NCBI GenBank assembly: GCA_026395995.1
Contig: JAPLXQ010000010.1
Coordinates: 69,296-133,295 of the forward strand
DNA from: Candidatus Nomurabacteria bacterium
GTDB lineage: Bacteria > Patescibacteriota > Minisyncoccia > Phycocordibacterales > UBA9973
Length of the DNA: 64,000 bases
Direction: 5' to 3'
In this document: in pieces, positions 1 through 10,300 of the stretch
How positions within the stretch are numbered: the first letter of the stretch is position 1
Layout: each line of letters starts with the position of its first letter
The notes under the pieces: generated by a model
The model's database searches: none
Seen by the model: only the letters and a program-made list of their open reading frames with translations
Told to the model about the DNA's origin: nothing
Program-made: the position numbers and the translations under genes

Positions 1-2
1 AT

Positions 3-497
3 TTAAGAGAATATTTAAAACAGCATATTCAGACATATAAAAATGAAAAAGAGAACAAAATAATTTTTCCTAAAATTATAGTTTCCCCATATACAGTTGA
101 AATGGTTAGTATCCTTTTGGTTGGTTCTGCTCCTTGTGGAGAGCCACTTTTAGGAGAAAGTAATATTGAAGAAATGATATCAGTTGAAAAAAGTAAAATT
201 AGAGCAGGTGTTCAATATTTTATAGTACGAGCGAGTGGTGATTCTATGAATCTTGCAGGCATCAATGATGGAGATTTAGTTTTATGTCGTTATGCTGAAA
301 AAGGGGAAACAGGAGATCGTGTTGTAGCTTTACTTGGTGGTGAAAATGTAACTATTAAATTTTATGACAAAAAAGATGGACGAAGAATTTTGTTACCAAA
401 AAGTACAAATAAAAGTCACCAGCCAATTATTCCAGAAGAAGGTGATGTTGTTCAGGGTATAGTACAAGAAGTTATTAAATTAATAGACGAAGAGTAA
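3..497 (+). CDS. LexA/S24-family peptidase domain protein, 5'-partial
   Basis: Frame is open from position 3; APCG cleavage-like site, SGDSM catalytic Ser, VTIK catalytic Lys. Confidence 0.8.
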   Translation, partial: LREYLKQHIQTYKNEKENKIIFPKIIVSPYTVEMVSILLVGSAPCGEPLLGESNIEEMISVEKSKIRAGVQYFIVRASGDSMNLAGINDGDLVLCRYAEKGETGDRVVALLGGENVTIKFYDKKDGRRILLPKSTNKSHQPIIPEEGDVVQGIVQEVIKLIDEE

Positions 498-500
498 TTT

Positions 501-1004
501 ATGAATGAAAATCAATTTTCTAAAATAAACAATGAAGAACTATGGCTTTTATATGCTGATGCTGAATTGGAATTAAAAAATCGAGGTCTTGTTAGAACTC
601 GCAACATAGTAGGCGAAAGAGGTGAATTTCTTGCAATAGAAACATATAATTCAATTCCAGGTTTACCAAATCTTCAAGCTGCTCCAGAAGGAACACGAAA
701 TATTGATGCAATTAGTCGCAAAGGAGAAAGATATAGTATTAAAACAGTTTCAGAACCAGGTACAACTACTGGAGTATTCTATGGTATTGAAGAAAAAGGT
801 AATACTACGACTCCTGAAAAAAAGTTTGAGTATGTAATTATAGTTCAAATTTTTAAAAACTATCGTCCAAAAAGAATTATTGAATTAACATGGGAACAAT
901 TTTTGAAACATAAAAAATGGCATTCAACAATGAGGGCATGGAATCTTAGTGTAACAAAAGCTTTATTAGAAGAATCTAAGATTATTTTAGATAATATAAA
1001 ATAA
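501..1004 (+). CDS. Putative PD-(D/E)XK restriction-endonuclease-like protein
   Basis: GERGE...NIDAI...YSIKT pattern resembles the E..(P)D..(E/x)xK nuclease core. Confidence 0.5.
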   Translation: MNENQFSKINNEELWLLYADAELELKNRGLVRTRNIVGERGEFLAIETYNSIPGLPNLQAAPEGTRNIDAISRKGERYSIKTVSEPGTTTGVFYGIEEKGNTTTPEKKFEYVIIVQIFKNYRPKRIIELTWEQFLKHKKWHSTMRAWNLSVTKALLEESKIILDNIK

Positions 1005-1009
1005 TAAGT

Positions 1010-2542
1010 ATGAAAGTAAAAAAATTACAATTAAAAAATGGATACAAAAGATTTTTTAATCTTACTATTGACTTGGGAGATGACCCTAAAAGAATTATTG
1101 CTTTAGTTGGACCAAATGGTTGTGGTAAAAGTAGTGTTCTTGATGGAATGCTTTTTAAAAACAATGCTTACAAAGCATTAGGTAATAAAGGTCAAAAAAC
1201 GTTTGAATTTCATTCTTTAAATAAAGATCCAGGATTTAATCATACTAGTATCGAGATAGAATTTATAGATGGAAATTTTGAGTTGATTAGAAATTCTAAT
1301 GATTTAATTCAAAAACAAAATACTATATTTTCATTTAGAAGCCCTTATCGATATAATAGTAATCTTAAAGTGTCTCAGTCAAAAGCAACTACTGACATAA
1401 AAGAAAATAACTATGGAGCGACAGCTTCTTCTGATCTTGATGATAAAATGGAGGAAAACTATCGTAGGTTAAATATTAAATATAATAGATATTTAAACGA
1501 ACAAGATTGCACTCCTAGCCAAGCAAAAGCTAAAATTATTGGAGATTTAAATAATTCTTTGGTAAATTGTCTTGATTTAGAAATAAAAAGTATCGGTAAT
1601 ATTGAAGCAGGAGAAGGTACTTTGTATTTTAAAAAAAATGACCACTCAGTTGAATTTGAATTTAACGTCCTTTCTTCTGGTGAAAAAGAAGTTGTAGATA
1701 TTTTACTTGATTTATATTTAAGACAAGATGAGTATGACAATACAGTTTTTTTAATTGATGAGCCTGAACTTCATATTAATACTTCAATTCAAAAAAAGTT
1801 GCTTATTGAAATAAATAAGTTAATTGGGGAAAATTGTCAGATTTGGGTGGCTACGCACAGTATTGGATTTTTAAGAGCGCTACAAGAAGATTTAAAAAAC
1901 GATTGCCAAATTATTGAATTTAAAGAAGATTTGAAGTTAGCATCTGAAATAGTTACTTTGAAACCAATGTCGTTAACAAGATCAAATTGGCAAAATATTT
2001 TTAAAACTGCGCTAGATGATCTATCTACTCTTTTAGCACCTCAAGAGATTATTTATTGTGAGGGTAGTATTAGTAGATCATTAGATGAAAAAATGTTTAA
2101 TGATATTTTTTCATCTAAATATCATAATTCTTTATTTGTATCAAGTTTAGGAAAAGATGATAGTCAAAAATACGCAGGAATAGCATTAACTGTTATTAAT
2201 AAAGCTTTTTCAGGAGTAAAAATTAAAGTCGTTATAGATCGAGATGATAACTTAGAAATTCCTAAAGATGGTACTGTTGAAGTTAGAAAGTTAAAAAGAA
2301 GAGAGTTTGAAAATTATTTATATGATATTGAGATAGTAGAGAAGACTTACCCAAATTTAGTTTTAGAAAAATATAAAGAAATTTGTAAGGACATTACAAA
2401 TGATGATGTTAAATCTAAAACTAAAGAATTTATGGCTTTGTGTGGTGAAACTGATAATAAAACTTTTAGGTTAAATCTTGCCGAAAAATTAACAGAAGAA
2501 ACAGAAGTTTTTAAAGAATTAGAAAGAATTATATTTAACTAA
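1010..2542 (+). CDS. OLD-family-like ABC ATPase with C-terminal TOPRIM-like domain
   Basis: Walker A GPNGCGKS, LSSGE signature, Walker B IDEPELH, ATHS; C-terminal CEG...DRD...REFENY. Confidence 0.75.
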   Translation: MKVKKLQLKNGYKRFFNLTIDLGDDPKRIIALVGPNGCGKSSVLDGMLFKNNAYKALGNKGQKTFEFHSLNKDPGFNHTSIEIEFIDGNFELIRNSNDLIQKQNTIFSFRSPYRYNSNLKVSQSKATTDIKENNYGATASSDLDDKMEENYRRLNIKYNRYLNEQDCTPSQAKAKIIGDLNNSLVNCLDLEIKSIGNIEAGEGTLYFKKNDHSVEFEFNVLSSGEKEVVDILLDLYLRQDEYDNTVFLIDEPELHINTSIQKKLLIEINKLIGENCQIWVATHSIGFLRALQEDLKNDCQIIEFKEDLKLASEIVTLKPMSLTRSNWQNIFKTALDDLSTLLAPQEIIYCEGSISRSLDEKMFNDIFSSKYHNSLFVSSLGKDDSQKYAGIALTVINKAFSGVKIKVVIDRDDNLEIPKDGTVEVRKLKRREFENYLYDIEIVEKTYPNLVLEKYKEICKDITNDDVKSKTKEFMALCGETDNKTFRLNLAEKLTEETEVFKELERIIFN

Positions 2543-2557
2543 ATACAAATCAATCCC

Positions 2558-2785
2558 ATGAAAAACCACATTCACTATCATAAAGACGGGAGCCTGTGGG
2601 GCAAGGGGCAGATGGCGGGGGATGTGATGGAAGGATATTGGGAATGGTTTTGCAAGCCTGTAGCGGGAAAGAAGATCGGCACGAGGATGCGCTCGGGGTA
2701 TTTCAAAAACGGCAAACAAGTCGGCGAGTGGACTACGTATGACAAAACAGGTAAAGTTGTGAAAGTTACGAAAATGAAATCATAA
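2558..2785 (+). CDS. MORN-variant repeat small protein (YwqK-like)
   Basis: Repeated Y/F-x-x-G-x-x-x-G-x-W units. Confidence 0.6.
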   Translation: MKNHIHYHKDGSLWGKGQMAGDVMEGYWEWFCKPVAGKKIGTRMRSGYFKNGKQVGEWTTYDKTGKVVKVTKMKS

Positions 2786-2790
2786 ATAAA

Positions 2791-3057
2791 ATGTCCAACA
2801 AATACGAACAAAAGGCGGAGGTGGAGATTGATCTGCATGGGCACACGATGCTCGAGGCGGGGGAGGTTTTGGATGCTTTGTTTCGAGAGATGAGATACAA
2901 ACATGTCCGCATCATCACTGGTAAAGGCAAGAATAGTGAGAATGGTCCCGTCTTGCCGAACTTTGTGCGAAACTATTTGAATTCCCGCGGGGTACATTAC
3001 AATCAATCCAAACTCCAATCCGGTGGCGAAGGCGCCCTCGAAGTTTTCCTACAATAA
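2791..3057 (+). CDS. Smr domain protein
   Basis: IDLHG, IITGKG and GGEGAL motifs. Confidence 0.9.
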   Translation: MSNKYEQKAEVEIDLHGHTMLEAGEVLDALFREMRYKHVRIITGKGKNSENGPVLPNFVRNYLNSRGVHYNQSKLQSGGEGALEVFLQ

Positions 3058-3100
3058 CGTTTCAAACAATCTAAAATCTCTAATTTCAACCTTTTTATCT

Positions 3101-3128
3101 ATTTACCCATTCGTACGAATAGGTAAAT
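3101..3128. repeat. Intergenic palindrome
   Basis: atttacccattcgtacgaataggtaaat, near-perfect inverted repeat upstream of the ArsR gene. Confidence 0.6.
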
Positions 3129-3191
3129 GAATACAGTGGTGGTATAATATAGATATTAAAGTATTGTATTAAAAATTTAGTAAAATAAATT

Positions 3192-3458
3192 ATGAAAGAA
3201 AAAGAATACGAGAAAATTTTGAAAGCTTTGGCAAATCATCGTCGACTCAAGATCGTGATTTATCTTAAAGATAAAAAAATAGCGACTGTCGGCGCTCTCG
3301 CTTCCCATATCAAACTATCATTCAAATCAACATCCAAACACCTTACTGTTTTATATTCTGCTGGAATTTTAGAAAAAGAACAAAAGAATCTCTCCATGTT
3401 ATATAGTATCGCTGAACCGTTACCAAAGCTTGCTCGACAAATACTAAATACAATTTAG
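3192..3458 (+). CDS. ArsR/SmtB family transcriptional regulator
   Basis: [11 protein letters not shown]...STSKHL..L...G winged-helix pattern. Confidence 0.85.
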   Translation: MKEKEYEKILKALANHRRLKIVIYLKDKKIATVGALASHIKLSFKSTSKHLTVLYSAGILEKEQKNLSMLYSIAEPLPKLARQILNTI

Positions 3459-3460
3459 AT

Positions 3461-3724
3461 ATGTACTATTTATATATTTTAAAATGTGCGGATCAGAGTT
3501 TGTATACTGGCATCACGACGGATTTGAAACGTCGGGTGGCGGAGCATAATGGTGAGAAGGGAAATAAACTCGGAGCGAAGTACACGAGTGCTCGTCGGCC
3601 GGTGGAAATGGTTTATTCTAATCGATTTAAAAATCGTTCTAATGCGAGCAAAGAAGAAGCGAGAATTAAAAGTCTGAGTAGGGAAAAGAAACTAGTTTTA
3701 ATAAATAAAAAGAAATCTGTGTAA
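3461..3724 (+). CDS. GIY-YIG nuclease (UPF0213-like)
   Basis: [25 protein letters not shown]. Confidence 0.9.
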   Translation: MYYLYILKCADQSLYTGITTDLKRRVAEHNGEKGNKLGAKYTSARRPVEMVYSNRFKNRSNASKEEARIKSLSREKKLVLINKKKSV

Positions 3725-3744
3725 GGGGAGTCCTTACACAGATT
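3714..3744. repeat. REP-like palindrome overlapping the GIY-YIG stop codon
   Basis: aatctgtgtaagg-ggagt-ccttacacagatt, 13-bp arms. Confidence 0.7.
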
Positions 3745-3760
3745 GTGTTAGAATTGGTGA

Positions 3761-4288
3761 ATGGATTTTAGTTATAATTTAAAAACGAATAGGCGGACGC
3801 GCGGAGTGCGGATCAGTGTCGGCGCTGGTGGAGAGGTGGTGGTGACTAGGTCACCGAGAATATCCATCGTACAAGTGGAAAGCCTTGTCACAAAAAGGGC
3901 GGAATGGATACGAGAGAAGATTGCAGAGATGGAAAAAAGGCCAAAGAAAATACTTGCTCATTTTAGTGTGAAGGAATACAAAGAGTTCAAGGAGCTCACA
4001 AGAGCTTTGGTAGAGGAAAGAATAAAAGTTTTAAATCAGAAATATAAATTTGAAGTAATGAGTATCAGCATTAGGAATCAAAAGACGAGGTGGGGAAGTT
4101 GTAGTGGAAAAAAGAATTTAAATTTTAAGTACAAACTTTTCTTTTTGCCACCCGAACTCTCGGATTATATTATCGTGCATGAATTATGTCATTTAAAAGA
4201 GATGAATCATTCGAAAAGGTTTTGGGATCTAGTCGCTTTGCAAGTGCCGAATCATAAAGAATGTCGAAAACAAATACAATTATATTAA
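3761..4288 (+). CDS. YgjP/DUF45-like zinc-dependent hydrolase
   Basis: RWGSCS and YIIVHELCHL...NHSKRFW motifs. Confidence 0.9.
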   Translation: MDFSYNLKTNRRTRGVRISVGAGGEVVVTRSPRISIVQVESLVTKRAEWIREKIAEMEKRPKKILAHFSVKEYKEFKELTRALVEERIKVLNQKYKFEVMSISIRNQKTRWGSCSGKKNLNFKYKLFFLPPELSDYIIVHELCHLKEMNHSKRFWDLVALQVPNHKECRKQIQLY

Positions 4289-4305
4289 TAAAATAAAATA
4301 AAATT

Positions 4306-4785
4306 ATGAATACACATACACATCCGATAGTGGGGCATATACATCTAACAGTTTCTGACCTAGATCGAGCACTTTTGTTTTATCGAGACTTGCTCGGTTT
4401 CGAAGTTTCTGCGCGTTATGGAGACAGTGCAGTTTTTCTCTCTAGTGGTGGATATCATCACCATATTGGATTAAATACTTGGGCAGGCAAGGGTGCAAAG
4501 CCAGCACCTATGGGACACACTGGTATGTATCATGTCGCATTTTTATATCCGACGAGAAAAGCTCTCGCTATCGTTTTGAAAAAATTAATTGATGCAGAAT
4601 ATCCGCTCGAAGGCTCTGCTGATCATGGAGTTTCCGAGGCTGTGTATTTGAGGGACCCAGATAATAACGGAGTCGAGATTTATGTCGATCGTCCGAAAGA
4701 AACTTGGAAAGTTTCAAATGATGGGATGGTAGAAATGGTGACAGAAGTTTTAAACATAGAAGATGTGTTAAACGAGCTTGCATAG
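4306..4785 (+). CDS. VOC/glyoxalase family protein (CatE-like)
   Basis: GHIHL.VSDL, GGYHHHIGLNTW, DHGVSEAVYLRDPDNNGVE. Confidence 0.9.
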   Translation: MNTHTHPIVGHIHLTVSDLDRALLFYRDLLGFEVSARYGDSAVFLSSGGYHHHIGLNTWAGKGAKPAPMGHTGMYHVAFLYPTRKALAIVLKKLIDAEYPLEGSADHGVSEAVYLRDPDNNGVEIYVDRPKETWKVSNDGMVEMVTEVLNIEDVLNELA

Positions 4786-4872
4786 TTTTTTTGTGCTATA
4801 ATAAAAGTATTATTAATTTAATTTAAGAGATATTGTGCTTATTCGACACTGTGCAATATTTCTAAGAATCAA

Positions 4873-4938
4873 ATGTCAAAAGGAGATACGCATCAGCGTA
4901 AAGAAAAAAAGAAACCAAAGAAGGTCGTAGCAAAATAG
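4873..4938 (+). CDS. Putative 21-aa basic small protein
   Basis: MSKGDTHQRKEKKKPKKVVAK; tgctataat upstream and a terminator directly downstream. Confidence 0.5.
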   Translation: MSKGDTHQRKEKKKPKKVVAK

Positions 4939-4946
4939 TTTTTTTG

Positions 4947-4985
4947 AAAACAGTCCTAGTGAATAACTAGGACTGTTTTTATTTT
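4947..4985 (+). terminator. Intrinsic terminator
   Basis: aaaacagtcctagt-gaata-actaggactgtttt followed by a T tract. Confidence 0.8.
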
Positions 4986-5147
4986 GACGAATGAGGAGCA
5001 ATATAAAAATGTAGTTATTTTTATATTGTCCGAATGATGTCAAAAGAAGCTTAGCTTATTTTGTGAGTTTCTTTTTTTTTGACAAAAACTCTTTATTTTG
5101 CTATAGTATTTTCAGAAATAATAAGTAAATTAAAAAAAGAAAAAGAA

Positions 5148-5891
5148 ATGGGAAATTCTAAAGTATCAGCAATGAATAGAAAATTTGAAAGATTTTTAAT
5201 GGGACCTCGGGAATCTGAATATCCAAAAGCAAACCCTGAAGAATTATTGGCTCTAAAACAATTTAATTGTTTTCAAAAAATTATTTCAAAATTGTCATAT
5301 AATGGTTTTGAATATGTTGATGAAAAAATAATCAGAAAAAACCATGAAAGATTTGGTTATGTACCACCACCAGTAGCAAGAATAAAAGAAACATTAAAAC
5401 AGGTTTCTTTTCAAAAATGGTATGCTGGAGATATTTGTCTGACTATACATACTTCATTTGATGCAGAAAAAGGGTTGTATGGTGAATTTACAAAAAAGGG
5501 AACTGCTTGGGTTGTAGTTTCAGATGGAGTTACTAATGGAATTTATTTCCAACAAGTTAAACGTCATGTTCTTTTAGAAAATTTTGCAGATCGACTAATT
5601 AAAGCTGCTTTATTTATGGAAAACAGAATCAATGGACGTCCTACTGTTCCGGGTACAAATCAATTGTTTGAAATAAAACAAACGAATTCTGAGACATATT
5701 ATGTTTCTCCGTTAGATAAAAAAGATAAACGTTATTTTTTAAATGGAGAAATTCCAAAAGAATTGAGAAGTTATGCTACAACTCTGTTCAACAGGATTAA
5801 GTACTACCAGAAAAACAGGAAGAAAAATGGTATTAAAAAACGCCAAAGAAAAATTCGTAAAACGTGGACAATAAAACATCCACAAAAGTAA
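5148..5891 (+). CDS. Hypothetical protein with basic C-terminus
   Basis: Long ORF; ATG at 5148 follows a ttgaca/tatagt promoter; terminator-like hairpin after the stop. Confidence 0.7.
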   Translation: MGNSKVSAMNRKFERFLMGPRESEYPKANPEELLALKQFNCFQKIISKLSYNGFEYVDEKIIRKNHERFGYVPPPVARIKETLKQVSFQKWYAGDICLTIHTSFDAEKGLYGEFTKKGTAWVVVSDGVTNGIYFQQVKRHVLLENFADRLIKAALFMENRINGRPTVPGTNQLFEIKQTNSETYYVSPLDKKDKRYFLNGEIPKELRSYATTLFNRIKYYQKNRKKNGIKKRQRKIRKTWTIKHPQK

Positions 5892-5982
5892 GTATACGCA
5901 TGGGAAACTATGCGTTTTTTTATTGGTTGTTTTTATCTTTTAGATATAGTATTGTAAAGAAAAATAACTAATACCTTAACAA

Positions 5983-7070
5983 ATGAAAAGTGTGAAAAAT
6001 ACGACATTAAAAACAATGAATCAGATGAAAGTCTGTATTTTTGGAATCCATGGACTAGTAGGTCAAAAGATAATTGAAGTTTTAAATGAAAGGTTCTTTA
6101 AAAATAAAGGTCTTTCAGAAGGTGATTTATCACCTGATAATATTATGCTTGTAGCGACAGATAAGTCGGTCGAAAATGGGGCTCGCTCTCATTTGATCGA
6201 TAGATTTCCTTTGACAAAAGGGTTGCCGATTATCAAAGCTATTGATGCAATTATTAAAAAACCAGATATCGTTCTGATGTCTGCTGGTTCGGAGGCTTCA
6301 AAAAAATGGGCAAAACAATTTGTAGAAGCCGGGTCTTATGTGATTGATAATTCTTCAGCTTGGAGAATGGATGACGATATTTCTTTGGTTATCCCTGGTG
6401 TCGCAGATTGGGGTGTGGGTGGAAGTATCCAACTCATTTCGAATCCAAATTGTGTGGCCATAATGGTAGCGACAGCTATCGCACCTCTGATACCTTTTGA
6501 TATGAGTGTCGTAGCTGTGGTGGCTTTGCAGTCGGCCTCTGGTGCTGGAGCTAAAGGACTTGAAGTTTTAGATTTTGAAGAACAGATGAATGAGAGACTG
6601 GCGACACCAAATGTTTTTCCTGGTAAATTGTACAACAATATTCTTCCGGCTTCAGGAAAATTTTCGAGTGAACTTTATAACGAAGAAGAGGAAAAGGGTA
6701 TTCATGAAATACGAAAAATATTTCGGAAAAATGATTTTAAAATATCTTTTCGATCGTTGAGGTATCCTGTGCCATACGGCCATGTAGCTAGTCTTAGAAT
6801 TAAATTTAAAGAAATTGTTTCTTTGGAAAAAATTCGAAACGCTTTAGCTATTGGTAACAATATTAAATATCAACTCGAACCATTTAATCTTGAAGGTGAT
6901 GTACTTGGTCATAATGAGTGTTTTGTTTTTTTGGGGGGGTGCGCCACGATCGAAACAATCATAAGGTGATTGAGATGATGGTAATGTCTGATAATCTTCG
7001 CCTTGGTGCTGCAGCAAACGCTGTTTCTATTATGGAAAAACTTATTGAAAATAAATTGATTCGTTTTTAA
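5983..7070 (+). pseudogene. asd: Aspartate-semialdehyde dehydrogenase, frameshifted near the 3' end
   Basis: GxxGLVG, IDNSSAWRM, SNPNC, QSASGAG; the conserved DNLRLGAAANAV tail lies in another frame after T7G7 (6926-6939). Confidence 0.8.
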
Positions 7071-7072
7071 CA

Positions 7073-7106
7073 AAAAAGCCCTGAACATTCGGGGCTTTTA
7101 TTTTTT
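7073..7106 (+). terminator. Intrinsic terminator after asd
   Basis: aaaagccctgaa-ca-ttcggggctttt hairpin followed by Ts. Confidence 0.7.
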
Positions 7107-7132
7107 ATAAATATATAGTAGTATAAATATAC

Positions 7133-7311
7133 GAGCGTTGAAGGGCCCTTCCATGACAGTCAGGACAGGGATATCACCCTGGAGCTTTGGGAAGAAACCT
7201 CTAAAAAGGTAGTAGAACCCATTAAATGAGAAGTAAACAAGGTGGTACCACGATGAGAAACTCGTCCTTGTATAGCAATTTAATTATTGTTGTACGCGGA
7301 CGAGTTTTTTT
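7133..7311 (+). promoter_or_regulatory. T-box riboswitch (Ile specifier) upstream of ileS
   Basis: T-box AGGTGGTACCACG at 7240-7252; ATC in the loop of cagggatatcaccctg; agta/gaa motif; terminator 7258-7311. Confidence 0.9.
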
Positions 7312-7331
7312 AATTTTAATTTAATAAATAT

Positions 7332-10300
7332 ATGGAAGAAAAAAATAACACAAATAAATCAGAAGTAGCACTTCGTGAAGAAGCAGTTTTAGAATTTTGG
7401 AAAGAAAATGATATTTTCCAAAAAACTTTAAATAAAAAAGAAAATCCAAGAGGTGATTATATATTTTTCGATGGTCCGCCTACTGCGAATGGTATGCCAG
7501 GAATTCACCACATGGAAGCTCAAGCCTTCAAAGATGTCATGCCTCGTTATAAAACAATGAGAGGTTTTCATGTACCTAGAAAAGCTGGATGGGATACTCA
7601 CGGTCTTCCTGTGGAATTACAAGTAGAAAAAGCTCTCGGTTTGAAATCAAAAAAAGAAATTGAAAAATATGGTGTGGAACTTTTTAATCAAAAGTGTAAA
7701 GAAAGTGTTTGGAAATATCGAGATGAATGGATAAAATCACGTCAAAGAATGGGGTATTGGGTAGATATGGATAATGCTTATGTAACTTATAAAAATGATT
7801 ACATTGAAGCACTTTGGGGAGTAGTAGCAAAAGCCAATGATCGCGGACATTTATACAAAGACTTCAAAGTTCTTCCGTGGTGTACTCGTTGTGGAACAGC
7901 ACTTTCCAGTCACGAGCTTTCTCAACCAGGAGCATATAAAGATGTAAAGGATCTTTCAGTCTATGTGAAATTTAAAATAAAAGGTTTTGAAAATGGATAC
8001 TTTTTAGCTTGGACGACGACACCTTGGACTTTGCCTGGAAACGTGGGGCTAGCAGTCGGTAATGATTTTACTTATGTAGAAGCTAAAGTTGGTAATGATA
8101 TTTTGGTTCTTGCGAAAGAAAGATTAGAAATGATTACTGAGCCATACGAAATAATAGCAGAACATAAAGGTAGTGAAATGATTGGTATGGAATATGAACC
8201 ACTGTTTCCATATTTGAAAAATAATATAGAGAGTGATGTACGGACACAAATAGAAAATCTAAAAAACGCATTTAAAATTTATGGTGCAGATTTTGTGACG
8301 ACGACAGATGGTACAGGAATAGTACACACAGCAGTGATGTATGGAGCAGATGATTTTGACCTCGGTACAAAAGTTAACTTACCTAAATATCATACAGTAA
8401 ACGAAGAGGGAAGATTTGTTGCGGGTACTGATTTCCTCGAGGGACGATATGTAAAAGAAGCTGATGAGAATGGTAAGCCTACACTCGCGGTAGACATAAT
8501 AGACAATCTCACTGGCCGTGGACTTTTATTTAAAAAAGAAAATCACATGCACAGTTATCCGCATTGTTGGCGTTGTGATACACCGCTCATTTATTATGCG
8601 AGAACTTCTTGGTATTTCCGTATGAGTGCACTTCGTGATCAACTCCTAGCAGGAAATGAAAATATAAATTGGGAACCAAAACATATAAAAGAAGGACGTT
8701 TTGGTGAATGGCTCGACGGTATCAAGGATTGGGCTATTTCTCGTGATCGTTATTGGGGGACGCCGTTACCTATCTGGCAGAAGGCTGATGGAAGTTATAA
8801 AACTATTTCATCTCTTTTAGATTTGAAAAAATATACAAAGAAATCTGGAAATAAATATTTCATAATGCGCCACGGTGAGACAGAAGCCAATAAAAAAGGA
8901 ATTATTTGTTCATTACCTTCTGGTAAATGGCATCTAGATGAAGACGGAAAGAGGCAAGTAAATGAAACAGCTGAAAAATATAAAGATCAAAAAATTGATT
9001 TGATTTTTACTTCAGATTTTACTCGTACTCAAGAAACGGCAGAAATAATGGCTGATAAACTTGGATTAAATTCTGATCAAATTATCGTAGACCAAAGACT
9101 TCGTGAAATAGGTGCTTATTCTTTTGATGGAAAAAGTTGGAATGAATATCACGAGTATCATACAAAAACAGTTGAGAATTTCAACAAGCGTGTAAATGAA
9201 GATGAATCATATGAAGATGTAAAAATTCGTGTCACTTCTTTCCTTTATGAAATAGAAGAAAAATATAAAGATAAAAATATTTTATTTGTGACACATGGTG
9301 GACCAGCATGGTTGCTATTTGCTGGGGCTGAAGGTAAAGACCCAAAAGAAACATTAGACATGGTAATAGATAAGAAAGACTATCATTATTTCCAAAATGC
9401 AGAAATAAAAGAATTAAATTTTACTCCATTGCCACACAATGAAAAATTCGAATTAGATTTTCATAAACCATTTATTGATAATGTTGTATTAGAAAATAAC
9501 GGAGAAACACTTACTCGTACTTCAGAAGTGATGGACGTATGGTTCGACTCTGGGTCTATGCCTTATGCACAGGGTCATATACTTGGAGAAGAAATGAATT
9601 TCTCTCCCGCTAAAGCTGATTTTATTTCTGAAGGACTCGATCAGACTCGTGGTTGGTTTTATACTTTGCACGCTGTTTCAAATTTACTTTCAGACAAACC
9701 AAGTAATGCATATAACAATGTAATTTGTCTCGGGCTTATTCTGGATGCGAATGGACTCAAAATGTCCAAGTCTCGTGGTAATGCTGTAGACCCTTGGGCT
9801 ATGTTTGAAAAATATGGAGCAGACACTATTCGTCTCTGGATGTATTCTGTGAATCAGCCAGGGGAGTCAAAGAATTTTGACGAACGAACTGTGATGGAAC
9901 TTCACAGACAAGTTTTCGGACTTTTGTATAACATAGTTTCTTTTTATGAACTTTACCGAGACCATGACTTAGAAAGGTCTTTCCTTGAGGAGGAACATAG
10001 TGACGGGAAGGGTAAGTCCTTGCTAAGTCAGAACGTACTCGATATTTGGATTCTCGCTAGACTAAACGAATTAACAAAAAATGTTACAGAAAATTTGGAT
10101 GGCTACAAAACACTTGAACCAGTGCGCGCTATTCGTGATTTCATCGATGATTTATCTACATGGTATCTCCGTCGTTCACGTGAGAGAATTAAAGAAGGTG
10201 ATAAAAATGCAAAAGTTACTTTGTATTATGTTTTGAAAAACTTAACAAAACTTATGGCACCATTTGCACCATTTGCTAGTGAAGATATTTATCGAAAATT

